Assembly: GCA_016934315.1 (NCBI GenBank)
Contig: JAFGSY010000021.1
Location: 25,470 to 89,469, forward strand
Source: Candidatus Anaeroferrophillus wilburensis
GTDB lineage: Bacteria; Desulfobacterota; Anaeroferrophillalia; Anaeroferrophillales; Anaeroferrophillaceae
Direction: 5' to 3'
DNA: 64,000 nt
In this document: piece after piece, positions 18,495 through 26,585 of the stretch
How positions within the stretch are numbered: position 1 is the first letter of the stretch
Layout of the letters: every line of letters starts with the position of its first letter
Notes under the pieces: model-generated
The model's input: the letters and a program-made list of their open reading frames with translations, nothing else
What the model was told of the DNA's origin: nothing
The model's database searches: none
Program-made: the position numbers and the translations under genes

Positions 18495-19842
18495 ACAGCG
18501 TTGTGTTCTGGTGGTGCTGTTGGTGATTGTACTGGGCTGTATAGTGTCGGCAGGCGAGGGGTGGGCCGGTTGCATCACCACCGAATGTCACCAGACTCTG
18601 GGTCAAATGACCCTTGCCCATGCGCCGGTGGCCGAAGGGGAGTGTCTTGCCTGCCATCGACAGCAAAAATCCGAGCATCCGCTCAAGGGGGAAAAATCCT
18701 TCGGTTTGACCGCTGACGGTGCCGCCCTTTGTTTTTCCTGCCATGAACGGTTCCCGGCCGGCACAACGGCCCATGCGCCGGTGGCCGAGGGGAACTGCCT
18801 CAGCTGCCACAACCCCCACGGCGACCTGGGCGAAGCCCGCTTGGTGGTGAAGGATGGCCAGCAGGCATTGTGTTTCCAGTGTCATGATGCGGCCATGGTT
18901 GGAGAGCAGTTTGTCCATGGTCCCGCTGGGGCCGGGGCCTGCAGCCAGTGCCACAACCCCCATGGTGCGGATCAGCCGGCCTTGTTGCGCCAGGAATCGC
19001 GGCAGTTGTGTCTGTCCTGTCACCAGGAGCTGGCCGCCGGCGAGCGGCAGGCAGCCGTTCTCCATCAGCCGTTCGCCAAAAAGCCCTGCACCGCCTGCCA
19101 TGGCGCCCATGGTGCTGCCAACCCGGGTCTGCTGACCGAGAAGTATCCTGACTTGTGCTTTACCTGCCATCGGCAGGTTGGCAAAATCTATCAGCAGGCC
19201 AGGGTGAAGCACACCGCCCTCTACAAGGATGACCGCTGCGGCAACTGTCATGCGGCTCATTTCTCCAAGGTTTCCGGGCTGCTGCAGGAGCGTGAGCAGG
19301 ATCTCTGCCTGCGCTGCCACGGGGTGGACGATACGAAACGATCCAAACCTCTGAAAAATATCGCCAAGGAACTCCAGGATAAAAAGGTTCTTCATGGGCC
19401 CGTGGCGGACGGCCGCTGCGCCGCCTGTCACCAGCCCCATGGTTCCGATTATTTCCGCCTCTTAAGCGCCGCCTACCCGGAATCCTTTTATGCCCCCTAC
19501 CGGGACAGCGACTATGATTTCTGCCTCTCCTGCCATGAAAAAAACCTCCTCCGTTTTGCCGATACCACCATTTATACCAGCTTTCGTAATGGCAAACAGA
19601 ATCTCCACTACCTTCATGTGGCCAACCGCCGCAAAGGGCGGACCTGCCGTGCCTGCCACCAGGCCCATGCAAGCAATGGCGAGAAATTGATCAATCAGGA
19701 AGGGGCAGCTTTCGGTGACTGGCGGATTCCCCTGCGCTTGGCCCTGACCCCCACCGGCGGCAGCTGTGCCCCCGGCTGCCACAGCCGCAAGGCCTATGAC
19801 CGCCAGCAGCCGGTTGATTATGGCAGCAAAGAGGTCCAATAG
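18478..19842 (+). CDS. multiheme c-type cytochrome (13 CXXCH plus CX4CH and CX3CH)
   Basis: Signal-like N-terminus (RCVLVVLLVIVLGCIVSAGEGWA), 13 CXXCH motifs, CITTECH near the N-terminus and CAPGCH near the C-terminus. It overlaps the end of the EBP gene, so it is probably co-transcribed. The exact start is uncertain (18451-18484). Confidence 0.85.
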   Translation: MIMGTEQRCVLVVLLVIVLGCIVSAGEGWAGCITTECHQTLGQMTLAHAPVAEGECLACHRQQKSEHPLKGEKSFGLTADGAALCFSCHERFPAGTTAHAPVAEGNCLSCHNPHGDLGEARLVVKDGQQALCFQCHDAAMVGEQFVHGPAGAGACSQCHNPHGADQPALLRQESRQLCLSCHQELAAGERQAAVLHQPFAKKPCTACHGAHGAANPGLLTEKYPDLCFTCHRQVGKIYQQARVKHTALYKDDRCGNCHAAHFSKVSGLLQEREQDLCLRCHGVDDTKRSKPLKNIAKELQDKKVLHGPVADGRCAACHQPHGSDYFRLLSAAYPESFYAPYRDSDYDFCLSCHEKNLLRFADTTIYTSFRNGKQNLHYLHVANRRKGRTCRACHQAHASNGEKLINQEGAAFGDWRIPLRLALTPTGGSCAPGCHSRKAYDRQQPVDYGSKEVQ

Positions 19843-19980
19843 GATTATAGCAGTTCTTATCTTTGCCCCATTACCCAGCCAAGGTTAGCGTGGTTGTCTC
19901 TTTACTCTTTTCTCGCCGCTCGCTTCTCATGATCTCCCTGTATTTGATCAGCCCAGTCTCTATTTGGTAAAAGATGTGTT

Positions 19981-20029
19981 GGGTATTTACCCCAGTCCTT
20001 GATGGTGGTGTGGGGTAGATGCCCAATAG
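19981..20029. promoter_or_regulatory. candidate enhancer (UAS): GGGTATTTACCCC ... GATGCCCAATAG
   Basis: Second copy of the motif pair seen at 16581-16619, located 130-175 bp upstream of the sigma-54 promoter at 20157. Confidence 0.4.
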
Positions 20030-20156
20030 TCATATCGGTCTTTCTTGGTCTACGTCTTGGCAAATTCAGCCCCTCTCCTTCGTATTTTTGTGCATCTGTT
20101 TGAATTGTTAATAGTTTTTAATAATATTTGACAATAACAGTAGGCGTTGAGTGCTT

Positions 20157-20172
20157 TGGCACGTATTGTGCA
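20157..20172 (+). promoter_or_regulatory. sigma-54 (-24/-12) promoter for the tetraheme cytochrome gene
   Basis: TGGCAC-GTATT-GTGCA with GG-N10-GC spacing, in an AT-rich region about 150 nt upstream of the ATG at 20325. Confidence 0.65.
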
Positions 20173-20324
20173 AAGTTTCATTTTGTAAGAGCCAAGTGAC
20201 CCTCTTTTGGGGAAGGGAGTCGCAGCAGGAAAGAGGAATTTTTTTAAAGTTCGTAAGAAGAAGGCCAATGTAAGGGAGAAAAGGTTTAACTTTTTATAAT
20301 GGATGGAAGTAAAGGAGAGGAACA

Positions 20325-20984
20325 ATGAAGAAATTAATGATGGCGTTAAGCATTATGGCTTTGGTGCTGGTTGCGGTGCCGGCGTTTGCCCTTCCCGGTG
20401 ATGGAATAGTGGGTTCCCCGCACGATATGAATGTTGTTTCAAACCCTGATGGTCAGGGACGGGTGTGCGCTTTCTGTCATACGCCACACCATGCTTTGGA
20501 TGATGCAAATGCCGATTATCTGCCGCTGTGGTCCCATACGATGACTACACAGACTTTTACTCCCTATGACAGCGTTACTTTGGATGCTGCGGTTACTGAT
20601 GTTCTGGCGGGTCCTTCCCGCCTGTGCATGAGCTGCCACGACGGGGCCATTGCCGTTGATCAGCATTATGCCATTGTCGGTACGGACTACCGGACCGGTG
20701 ATTCCTGGGGCAATATCGCTGTTGGCCAAAATGGCGACCTGACCAACGACCATCCCATCGGTTTTGACTATACCGCAGTCGCCGCGGTGGACGATGAGAT
20801 CAGGCCTGAAACAACCGCGACTACCAATCCGGCCATTCCCACTATTGCCGACCTGCTGCTGGATGGTCAGATCATGACCTGCTCCTCCTGTCATGATGTC
20901 CATAATACTGATAATAATGATGTGGATTTCCTGATCAATCTGCAAGCCGGTTCCGCTATCTGTCTGACCTGCCATGATAAATAG
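20325..20984 (+). CDS. tetraheme c-type cytochrome (paired-CXXCH type)
   Basis: 219 aa. Signal peptide MKKLMMALSIMALVLVAVPAFA. Heme motifs CAFCHTPHH, CMSCHDG, CSSCHDVH and CLTCHDK. Confidence 0.9.
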   Translation: MKKLMMALSIMALVLVAVPAFALPGDGIVGSPHDMNVVSNPDGQGRVCAFCHTPHHALDDANADYLPLWSHTMTTQTFTPYDSVTLDAAVTDVLAGPSRLCMSCHDGAIAVDQHYAIVGTDYRTGDSWGNIAVGQNGDLTNDHPIGFDYTAVAAVDDEIRPETTATTNPAIPTIADLLLDGQIMTCSSCHDVHNTDNNDVDFLINLQAGSAICLTCHDK

Positions 20985-21027
20985 GGTTCAGGAGTTGTGA
21001 ACAGTGCCGGATGTACATGTTAATCAG

Positions 21028-21062
21028 GGCAGCCGCCGGTGAACCGGCGGCTGCCTTTTTTT
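21028..21062 (+). terminator. intrinsic terminator
   Basis: GGCAGCCGCCGG-TGAA-CCGGCGGCTGCC followed by a T7 run. Confidence 0.75.
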
Positions 21063-21135
21063 GACTTGCGCTGCCGGTGGTCAGGGTGCTATCGTCAATT
21101 AAAGCAATCTGAAAGGCGAAGATTGATTTGGAAGG

Positions 21136-22251
21136 GTGCGAGGCAGGATCATGCAGAAGGTAAAGCAGAAAACGGGCAGGATCGGGTGGACATTCCTTGT
21201 TATGCTGCTGGTTGTGGGTAGTTTGTGGGGTTGTGCCGGTCCCCAGGTGGTTGAGGACCACGGTCCGGTTTTCTTTCCGCCGCCGCCGAATCCGCCACGG
21301 CTGCAGTATCTTACCAGCATCTCCTCCTCCCGCGATGTTGACCAGAAGAAGAGCAGCGGCTTTGCCCTGCTGGCGGTGGGTGATGTCCAAGCTGATCAGG
21401 TGAAGCCGGTCGCTAAACCTTATGGTCTGGCGGTTTTTGGTACGAAGCTTTATGTTTGTGATACCGGGTCGGCGCGGGTCATCGTCATTGATTTTGCCGC
21501 CAAAACCTTCGAATATCTCAAAGGGGACTACAGCTTTGGCAAGCTGAAAAAGCCCATCAATCTGGCCGTCGACCGGGAAGGGACGCTTTATGTTGCCGAT
21601 ACGGCCCGTCAGGAGATCCTCGTCTATGGCCCCAGCGGTAATTTTTTGCGGACCATCGGTCGGGAACAGGAGTTGAGACCGGTTGATCTTGCTGTTGATG
21701 GTGACTTTCTTTATGTCACTGATGTCAAAAAGCATCAGGTGATGATTTATGACCGGTTGACCGGCACATTCCTCCAGGGAGTGGGGAACCATCCTGAAAC
21801 ACCTTCGGAAAGTTTGTCCATGCCTTTGGGGTTGGCCGTCGACAGCAAGGGCAGCCTGTTCCTCTCCAACATGGGGCACGGACGGATGATCAATCTTGAC
21901 CGCGACGGCCATTTTCTTGGCTCATTCGGTAAAATGGGAGATGGCTTTGGTCAGTTTGCCCGGCCCAAAGGGGTGGCTATCGATGACCGGGACCGCATCT
22001 ATGTGGTTGATGCCGGCCACCAGAATGTTCAGATTTTCAACCATGAAGGACGTTTGTTGATGTTCTTCGGTGATCCGGGATTGCCTCTTGGTTCCATGAA
22101 CCTGCCGGCCGGCATCGCCGTCACCAGTGAAATGATTGACTTTTTTCAGCCGTATGTTGATCCTTCATTTCGCGTTGAACAGCTGATTTTTGTCACCAAC
22201 CAGTTTGGTGACCACAAGATTACCGTTTATGCCCTTGGTGAACTGAAATAG
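21136..22251 (+). CDS. NHL-repeat six-bladed beta-propeller lipoprotein
   Basis: Lipobox LWGC. Repeated P.GLAVD..G.LYV.D / I.V.D motifs (KPYGLAVFGTKLYVCD, PINLAVDREGTLYVAD, PVDLAVDGDFLYVTD, PLGLAVDSKGSLFLSN, PKGVAIDDRDRIYVVD). Confidence 0.85.
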   Translation: MRGRIMQKVKQKTGRIGWTFLVMLLVVGSLWGCAGPQVVEDHGPVFFPPPPNPPRLQYLTSISSSRDVDQKKSSGFALLAVGDVQADQVKPVAKPYGLAVFGTKLYVCDTGSARVIVIDFAAKTFEYLKGDYSFGKLKKPINLAVDREGTLYVADTARQEILVYGPSGNFLRTIGREQELRPVDLAVDGDFLYVTDVKKHQVMIYDRLTGTFLQGVGNHPETPSESLSMPLGLAVDSKGSLFLSNMGHGRMINLDRDGHFLGSFGKMGDGFGQFARPKGVAIDDRDRIYVVDAGHQNVQIFNHEGRLLMFFGDPGLPLGSMNLPAGIAVTSEMIDFFQPYVDPSFRVEQLIFVTNQFGDHKITVYALGELK

Positions 22252-22267
22252 TACTTATGGTTAGCGA

Positions 22268-22303
22268 GGGGACAGCCGCAGTGCTGTCCCCTTTTGTTTT
22301 TTT
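22268..22303 (+). terminator. intrinsic terminator-like hairpin
   Basis: GGGGACAGC-CGCAGT-GCTGTCCCC followed by TTTTGTTTTTTT. Confidence 0.65.
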
Positions 22304-22317
22304 AACCCACATGTTCC

Positions 22318-22935
22318 GTGAATGGAATGGCTGGCATGCCTGGGAAACAATGGTCGATTCTGGTGCTGGGGAGCATCGCTCTGGTGTTGCTGCTTCTTGC
22401 TGGTTGCGATCCCACAACCCGCCATAAGGTTCTGACTACCATTTTTGACGGGGTTCCCAGTCCGCTGCCGCCAGAGCAGGTGCTGGAAGACTATTACCGG
22501 CAGCGGCTGGCGGCGGAGGCGGAGCAGGCTGCCCAGACAAATGCCGGTGTGGCAGTTGGTGGCCTGGCGATCGGTTCCCGTCATCGGCCCTATACGGAAA
22601 AGAAATGTACCGACTGCCATGATTTCAGCAGTGCCGTCGGCCTGGTTCGTCCTCCTCGTGAATTGTGTGTCATGTGCCACCGTGATTTTGTGCTTCAGGG
22701 AAAAGGGCTTCATGTTCATGGGCCGGTGGCCATCGGCGACTGTTCTGCCTGCCACCTGCCCCATACCTCTGTCCATGGCTCCCTGCTGGAGCAAGATAAA
22801 ACCGACATTTGCAGCAAGTGCCACCAGGAACAGCGGCTGGCGGCTCTTATGCATGATCGGGTCGTGACCCGTGGGATGGCCTGCACCGACTGCCATGATC
22901 CCCATTATGGCGCCGCCCGGTATTTCCTCAAGTAG
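22318..22935 (+). CDS. pentaheme c-type cytochrome lipoprotein
   Basis: 205 aa with lipobox LLAGC and 5 CXXCH motifs (CTDCH, CVMCH, CSACH, CSKCH, CTDCH). Confidence 0.85.
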   Translation: MNGMAGMPGKQWSILVLGSIALVLLLLAGCDPTTRHKVLTTIFDGVPSPLPPEQVLEDYYRQRLAAEAEQAAQTNAGVAVGGLAIGSRHRPYTEKKCTDCHDFSSAVGLVRPPRELCVMCHRDFVLQGKGLHVHGPVAIGDCSACHLPHTSVHGSLLEQDKTDICSKCHQEQRLAALMHDRVVTRGMACTDCHDPHYGAARYFLK

Positions 22936-22944
22936 GGCCCGGTA

Positions 22945-24933
22945 ATGTGGCGTCTGAGCGGGGTACTGATCGGTATTGTTCTCTGTGGACTGCTTGTTCA
23001 TGTCACCCCGGTTGCCGCCCGGCCAAGGGTATTGTTGATGGTTCGGGACTTCCATAATTGGCTCGATTTCTCCTATGAGTATGACGCCCGGGAAAGCACC
23101 GGTGGTCGAGGTGAGGACCTGCAGGAGCGGGATCACCGGCTGGAGGAAGTCTACCATTTCGATATGGCCTATGCCGTCTATCATCCCCGGCTGGTGAACG
23201 GCCGCCTGGGCATTGACCTCGGCCTGAATGAAAATTGGTATGACGGCGGCAACGGCGAGTCGGAGAGTGATGTGGGCACGCTGCTGGAATATGACCTGAC
23301 GGGAACCTTTTTTGACCGTCGGCCCTGTCCGATAAGTTTTTTTTCCCGGTCTGCAAGACGATCTATCCAGCGCCGTTTTGCCGGTAACTATGATTTGGAT
23401 ACGGTCAATCATGGTCTTTCCCTGACATGGCGCAATCAGCAGCTGCCCATCAGCCTGGGTTTTCGCCGCTACAGCAGTGAAACCGATGGCCTGGAGCTTG
23501 ACCGGCAGCAGACCAGCGACACGGTGACCGCCTCGGCTTCCCATTTTTATGGTGACCTGAGCCGTACGGAGTTCAGTTTATATCATGCTGACGATGAAAC
23601 GGATTATGGTGTTTTTGGCCGGACTGAGGATAATCGAACAACCGAGTACAATTTGACCAATGCCCTCACCTGGGGCGATCATAATCGGCCCAGTACTCTC
23701 TCCTCTGCTTATCTCTACCGCAATGAAAACGGAACCAACGATTCCTCATCGTCTGACTGGCGGGAGTTGCTGCGGCTGCAGCTGGGCAAGGCTTTGCGCT
23801 GGACCCTTGACTATGACCAGCGCCGGAATGAGTATGAGGATGTAGAACGGCGGGAGGAGACTGTTGGCAGCCGGTTGGAGCACCAGCTATATGACAGTCT
23901 TTCTACCCGCCTTTCCTATGAAGAGCGGACCCTTGAGATTGACGACGGCTCGGAAGATGAGTGGGAAGGCGGCATCGGCTTCTCCTATCAGAAACAACTG
24001 CCGGCGGCAAGCCACCTTGCCCTTGGCTATGATTTTACCTACGGCGAAACCGATCGCCGCGGGACCGCCGATGACCGGTTTGTCATCGGCGAACCACTGA
24101 TCATGGAGCTCCTGGGGCCTAATGACTTGGTTTTTGCCGATGTGGTTGCTGGCAGCATCACCGTGCTTTCCGCCGATCGCCTAGTTACCTATGTGGAGGG
24201 TGTTGATTACACGATTACCCAGATGGGCCGACAGACGGAACTGCTGCTTACCGCCGGCAGCCTCATCAGCCCAGGGGACCAGGTTGTGGTTGATTACCGC
24301 TATCGGGTTGATCCCGGCATCTCTTTTGCCACCACCACCAACCAGGCATTTGCTTCCTTGTCGCTTTTTTCCCGTCGTTACCGTCTCTATGCCAGCTTCT
24401 ACAATCTTGACCAGGAGCTGCTTTCAGCCAATTCTGGCAGCGGTGACCCCATGCTGCTCAGCGCGGTGACCAGTACTATGCTGGGAATGGAGGCTGTGAG
24501 GGGTTACCATACCTGTGGTTTGGAGATTGCCGATTATGACTCAACTACCGATGCCAGGCAGTATGTCCAGGGGGTCTGGCGCTATGCCCGCTATTTCCGG
24601 ATCCATTACCTGATGCTGATGGTCCGTGACCGTTATACCCGCTATGAGGCGATGGCTGAGGATGTTGGTGGTGATGACGGGGAAAATGTTCTGGACGCCG
24701 GTTTTGCCTACCGGCGGCGCCTGCCCTATGGCGCCATGGCCGGGTTCAGCGTTAATTATCTCAACCAGCGTGGCCGGGATAATGACCGTGACGAGCTGGA
24801 TATTGATTGTTCCTACAAGCTGCGGGTCGGCCGTTTGGAGCTGGAGCTGCAGGCCACCCAGCAGTGGGAGTGGCAGGCCAGCCGCCGCGACCGGGACGAC
24901 CGGGTAATGCTGACGTTCCGCCGCTATCTCTAA
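22945..24933 (+). CDS. putative outer-membrane beta-barrel protein (porin-like partner of the cytochromes)
   Basis: 662 aa with a signal peptide (VHVTPVAARP) and no Cys or heme motifs. It is rich in alternating aromatic/polar stretches and in Y/R/D/G (LDFSYEYDARES, GLSLTWRN, FSLYHADDE, GIGFSYQKQ, AGFAYRRRL, VMLTFRRYL). Its position between cytochrome genes mirrors porin-cytochrome clusters. The fold is not proven. Confidence 0.5.
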   Translation: MWRLSGVLIGIVLCGLLVHVTPVAARPRVLLMVRDFHNWLDFSYEYDARESTGGRGEDLQERDHRLEEVYHFDMAYAVYHPRLVNGRLGIDLGLNENWYDGGNGESESDVGTLLEYDLTGTFFDRRPCPISFFSRSARRSIQRRFAGNYDLDTVNHGLSLTWRNQQLPISLGFRRYSSETDGLELDRQQTSDTVTASASHFYGDLSRTEFSLYHADDETDYGVFGRTEDNRTTEYNLTNALTWGDHNRPSTLSSAYLYRNENGTNDSSSSDWRELLRLQLGKALRWTLDYDQRRNEYEDVERREETVGSRLEHQLYDSLSTRLSYEERTLEIDDGSEDEWEGGIGFSYQKQLPAASHLALGYDFTYGETDRRGTADDRFVIGEPLIMELLGPNDLVFADVVAGSITVLSADRLVTYVEGVDYTITQMGRQTELLLTAGSLISPGDQVVVDYRYRVDPGISFATTTNQAFASLSLFSRRYRLYASFYNLDQELLSANSGSGDPMLLSAVTSTMLGMEAVRGYHTCGLEIADYDSTTDARQYVQGVWRYARYFRIHYLMLMVRDRYTRYEAMAEDVGGDDGENVLDAGFAYRRRLPYGAMAGFSVNYLNQRGRDNDRDELDIDCSYKLRVGRLELELQATQQWEWQASRRDRDDRVMLTFRRYL

Positions 24934-24960
24934 GGGCTTTGTAAACAGTCCATGTAAGAA

Positions 24961-25090
24961 GCTGTCAGGTTTCAGGTTTGTGGTCATTCTCGCCTGCCAT
25001 CCCTGGCCGGCTCCGAGGTGTCCGCCGCGAATCACCATCCGGGTGATTCGTCCGGCGGCCAAAACCGCTTAAAACCTGAAACCTGACAGC
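24961..25090 (+). repeat. intergenic palindromic element, copy 1 (130 nt)
   Basis: The outer 19-bp perfect stem GCTGTCAGGTTTCAGGTTT / AAACCTGAAACCTGACAGC encloses the conserved core ...TCATTCTCGCCTGCCATCCCTGGCCGGCTCCGAGGTGTCCGCCGCGAATCACCATCCGGGTGATTCGTCCGGCGGCCAAAACCGCT. Confidence 0.9.
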
Positions 25091-25159
25091 GTATTTCCCC
25101 CGGCTCATGTGCCATAGGTTTATGTCAAGAAAAGCGGAAAAATTGACGAAGGGATAGCT

Positions 25160-25729
25160 ATGATGGCCGATATTGAACCCACCTATAGACGTCGTTTTAT
25201 CCTCAAAATCTGTACTTGCTTTCTGGTGACCGTTGCTGCCGTCAGTTTTGGCCTCTACGGTTATCTTGATCGGCCATTTGCCGGCGGTTATCTGGCTGCC
25301 ATTTCCACTCTCGACCAGCTGCAGCATGATATTCTTCTCGGTGTTGTGGTGTCCATTGCCGTTCAGCTGCTGGTGTTTGCCGTGCTGGTGTTTGCCATCT
25401 CTCTTTTCTGGACCCATAAAATTGCCGGTCCTCTCTATCGCCTGAAAAAAACCTTTTGCCGTATTGGTGTCGGAGACTTTTCTCCCATGGCGGGGCTGCG
25501 CCGCGGTGATCAGCTCCAGGAGGTGCCGTCCCAGTTCAATGCCGGCCTGGCGGTCTATGGGGAGACCATGGCCCGGACCAGCCGGGAACTGCAGGCCCTG
25601 CTGGACGAGCTTGCGACCATGGAACGAGATGTCCCTACCGCCCGGATGGTCGAGCGGGAGCGGCTGTCGGGGGTTGATGCCCGTATCCAGGCACTTATAC
25701 TCGAACAGGAACGGCTGCTGCATGCGTAA
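25160..25729 (+). CDS. small 2-TM membrane protein with a HAMP-like linker (paralog of 26582..27172)
   Basis: 189 aa. Two hydrophobic segments, then WTHKIAGPLYRLKKTFCRIGVGDFSPMAGLRRGDQLQEV (HAMP-like) and a short coiled-coil tail. Confidence 0.6.
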   Translation: MMADIEPTYRRRFILKICTCFLVTVAAVSFGLYGYLDRPFAGGYLAAISTLDQLQHDILLGVVVSIAVQLLVFAVLVFAISLFWTHKIAGPLYRLKKTFCRIGVGDFSPMAGLRRGDQLQEVPSQFNAGLAVYGETMARTSRELQALLDELATMERDVPTARMVERERLSGVDARIQALILEQERLLHA

Positions 25730-26585
25730 AACTCTTGGCCTGATAGTTATGTTGCTGGTGGTTTCGTTGTTTCTTTGCCAGCTGGGATCAGAAAATACCA
25801 ATCCTCACTTGGGGGAGGTGGCCTGCGATGAATGTCACCTGGGTGTCCCGACGGCCGGCGATGCCGGCAGCAAGCTGTTTGTTGCCGATATCGAGACCCT
25901 CTGCCTCCGCTGCCACCGCGATATTACCCTCGCCATGTCTCATCCCGTGGCCCTCAAGCCCACGTTTTCCCTGCCTGTCGATATGCCTCTTGACTGGAAA
26001 GGGGAACTGACGTGCTCCACCTGCCATTACATGCATGAGCATGATGACCAGCCGTACCATGACCAGGCTGTTTTTCTCCGACGCAATTCGGTCGGCCAGG
26101 CGTTCTGTCAGGAGTGCCACCAGCAGGGCTTCATGATGAATCGGACCCTCGGTCACAGCCTGGCCAAAAGTGATGCCCATTACACGCCCTATGGCAGCAG
26201 TGCCGCCGCCGACAGTTTCGGTGGAACTGATGCATCCCCTCTGCTGGATGAGTCGTCATCGGCCTGCCTCACCTGCCACGATGGTTCCATAGCCCGTGAT
26301 GAAGGGACAACGGAGATGAGTGCCGGGGCAATCTCCCTGGGAGCAGGAATCTGGCGTCATGACGGTGATTACGGCCGCAACAGCCATCCCTTGGGGGTCA
26401 GGTATGGTGATGCCCGACGCCGGCGCAGCGGCTACCGTGATGCCGCCATGCTGCCCAGCGTCATCCGGTTGCCGGGGGGGAAGGTTGAATGTGTTTCCTG
26501 CCATAATCCTTACTCTACCAATGATTCACTGCTGGTTATTGACAATCGCGGGAGTCGGTTATGTCTGACATGCCATCTCAAATGA
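25722..26585 (+). CDS. heptaheme c-type cytochrome
   Basis: Start at MRKTLGLIVMLLVVSLFLCQ, overlapping the upstream stop codon. There are 7 CXXCH motifs. The C-terminal part (CLTCHDGSIA...SHPLGVRY...CVSCHNPY...CLTCHLK) resembles the 20325 tetraheme module. Confidence 0.85.
   Translation: MRKTLGLIVMLLVVSLFLCQLGSENTNPHLGEVACDECHLGVPTAGDAGSKLFVADIETLCLRCHRDITLAMSHPVALKPTFSLPVDMPLDWKGELTCSTCHYMHEHDDQPYHDQAVFLRRNSVGQAFCQECHQQGFMMNRTLGHSLAKSDAHYTPYGSSAAADSFGGTDASPLLDESSSACLTCHDGSIARDEGTTEMSAGAISLGAGIWRHDGDYGRNSHPLGVRYGDARRRRSGYRDAAMLPSVIRLPGGKVECVSCHNPYSTNDSLLVIDNRGSRLCLTCHLK

Noticed and set aside
16983-18581. 532-aa minus-strand ORF
   Set aside because: It is fully antisense to the NtrC-type activator, which has unambiguous REC, AAA+ and HTH motifs. 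The antisense product has no motifs.
22261-23544. 427-aa minus-strand ORF; similar long antisense ORFs at 30992..32398, 32927..34030, 35772..37172, 38441..39307, 46161..47219 (+), 52842..53375, 59658..61067 and 8691..9494
   Set aside because: Each lies opposite a gene with strong family signatures (cytochromes, trp genes, aldolase/thioesterase, Nif3 and others). All have Arg/Gly/Pro/His-rich shadow composition.
24961-25090. Palindromic element as a known ribozyme (hammerhead, HDV-like, twister), an integron attC site or REP/BIME
   Set aside because: There is no CUGANGA...GAAA core on either strand. There is no P3/P1.1 arrangement as in HDV-like ribozymes, despite the GGCCGGC string. attC sites have conserved ends and a variable centre, the opposite of this pattern. 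REPs are much shorter. The element is left unclassified.
25464-25721. N-terminal 86-codon extension of the heptaheme cytochrome ORF
   Set aside because: It overlaps the HAMP-like gene in another frame. The signal peptide begins at MRKTLGLIV (25722), so the extension is not translated.
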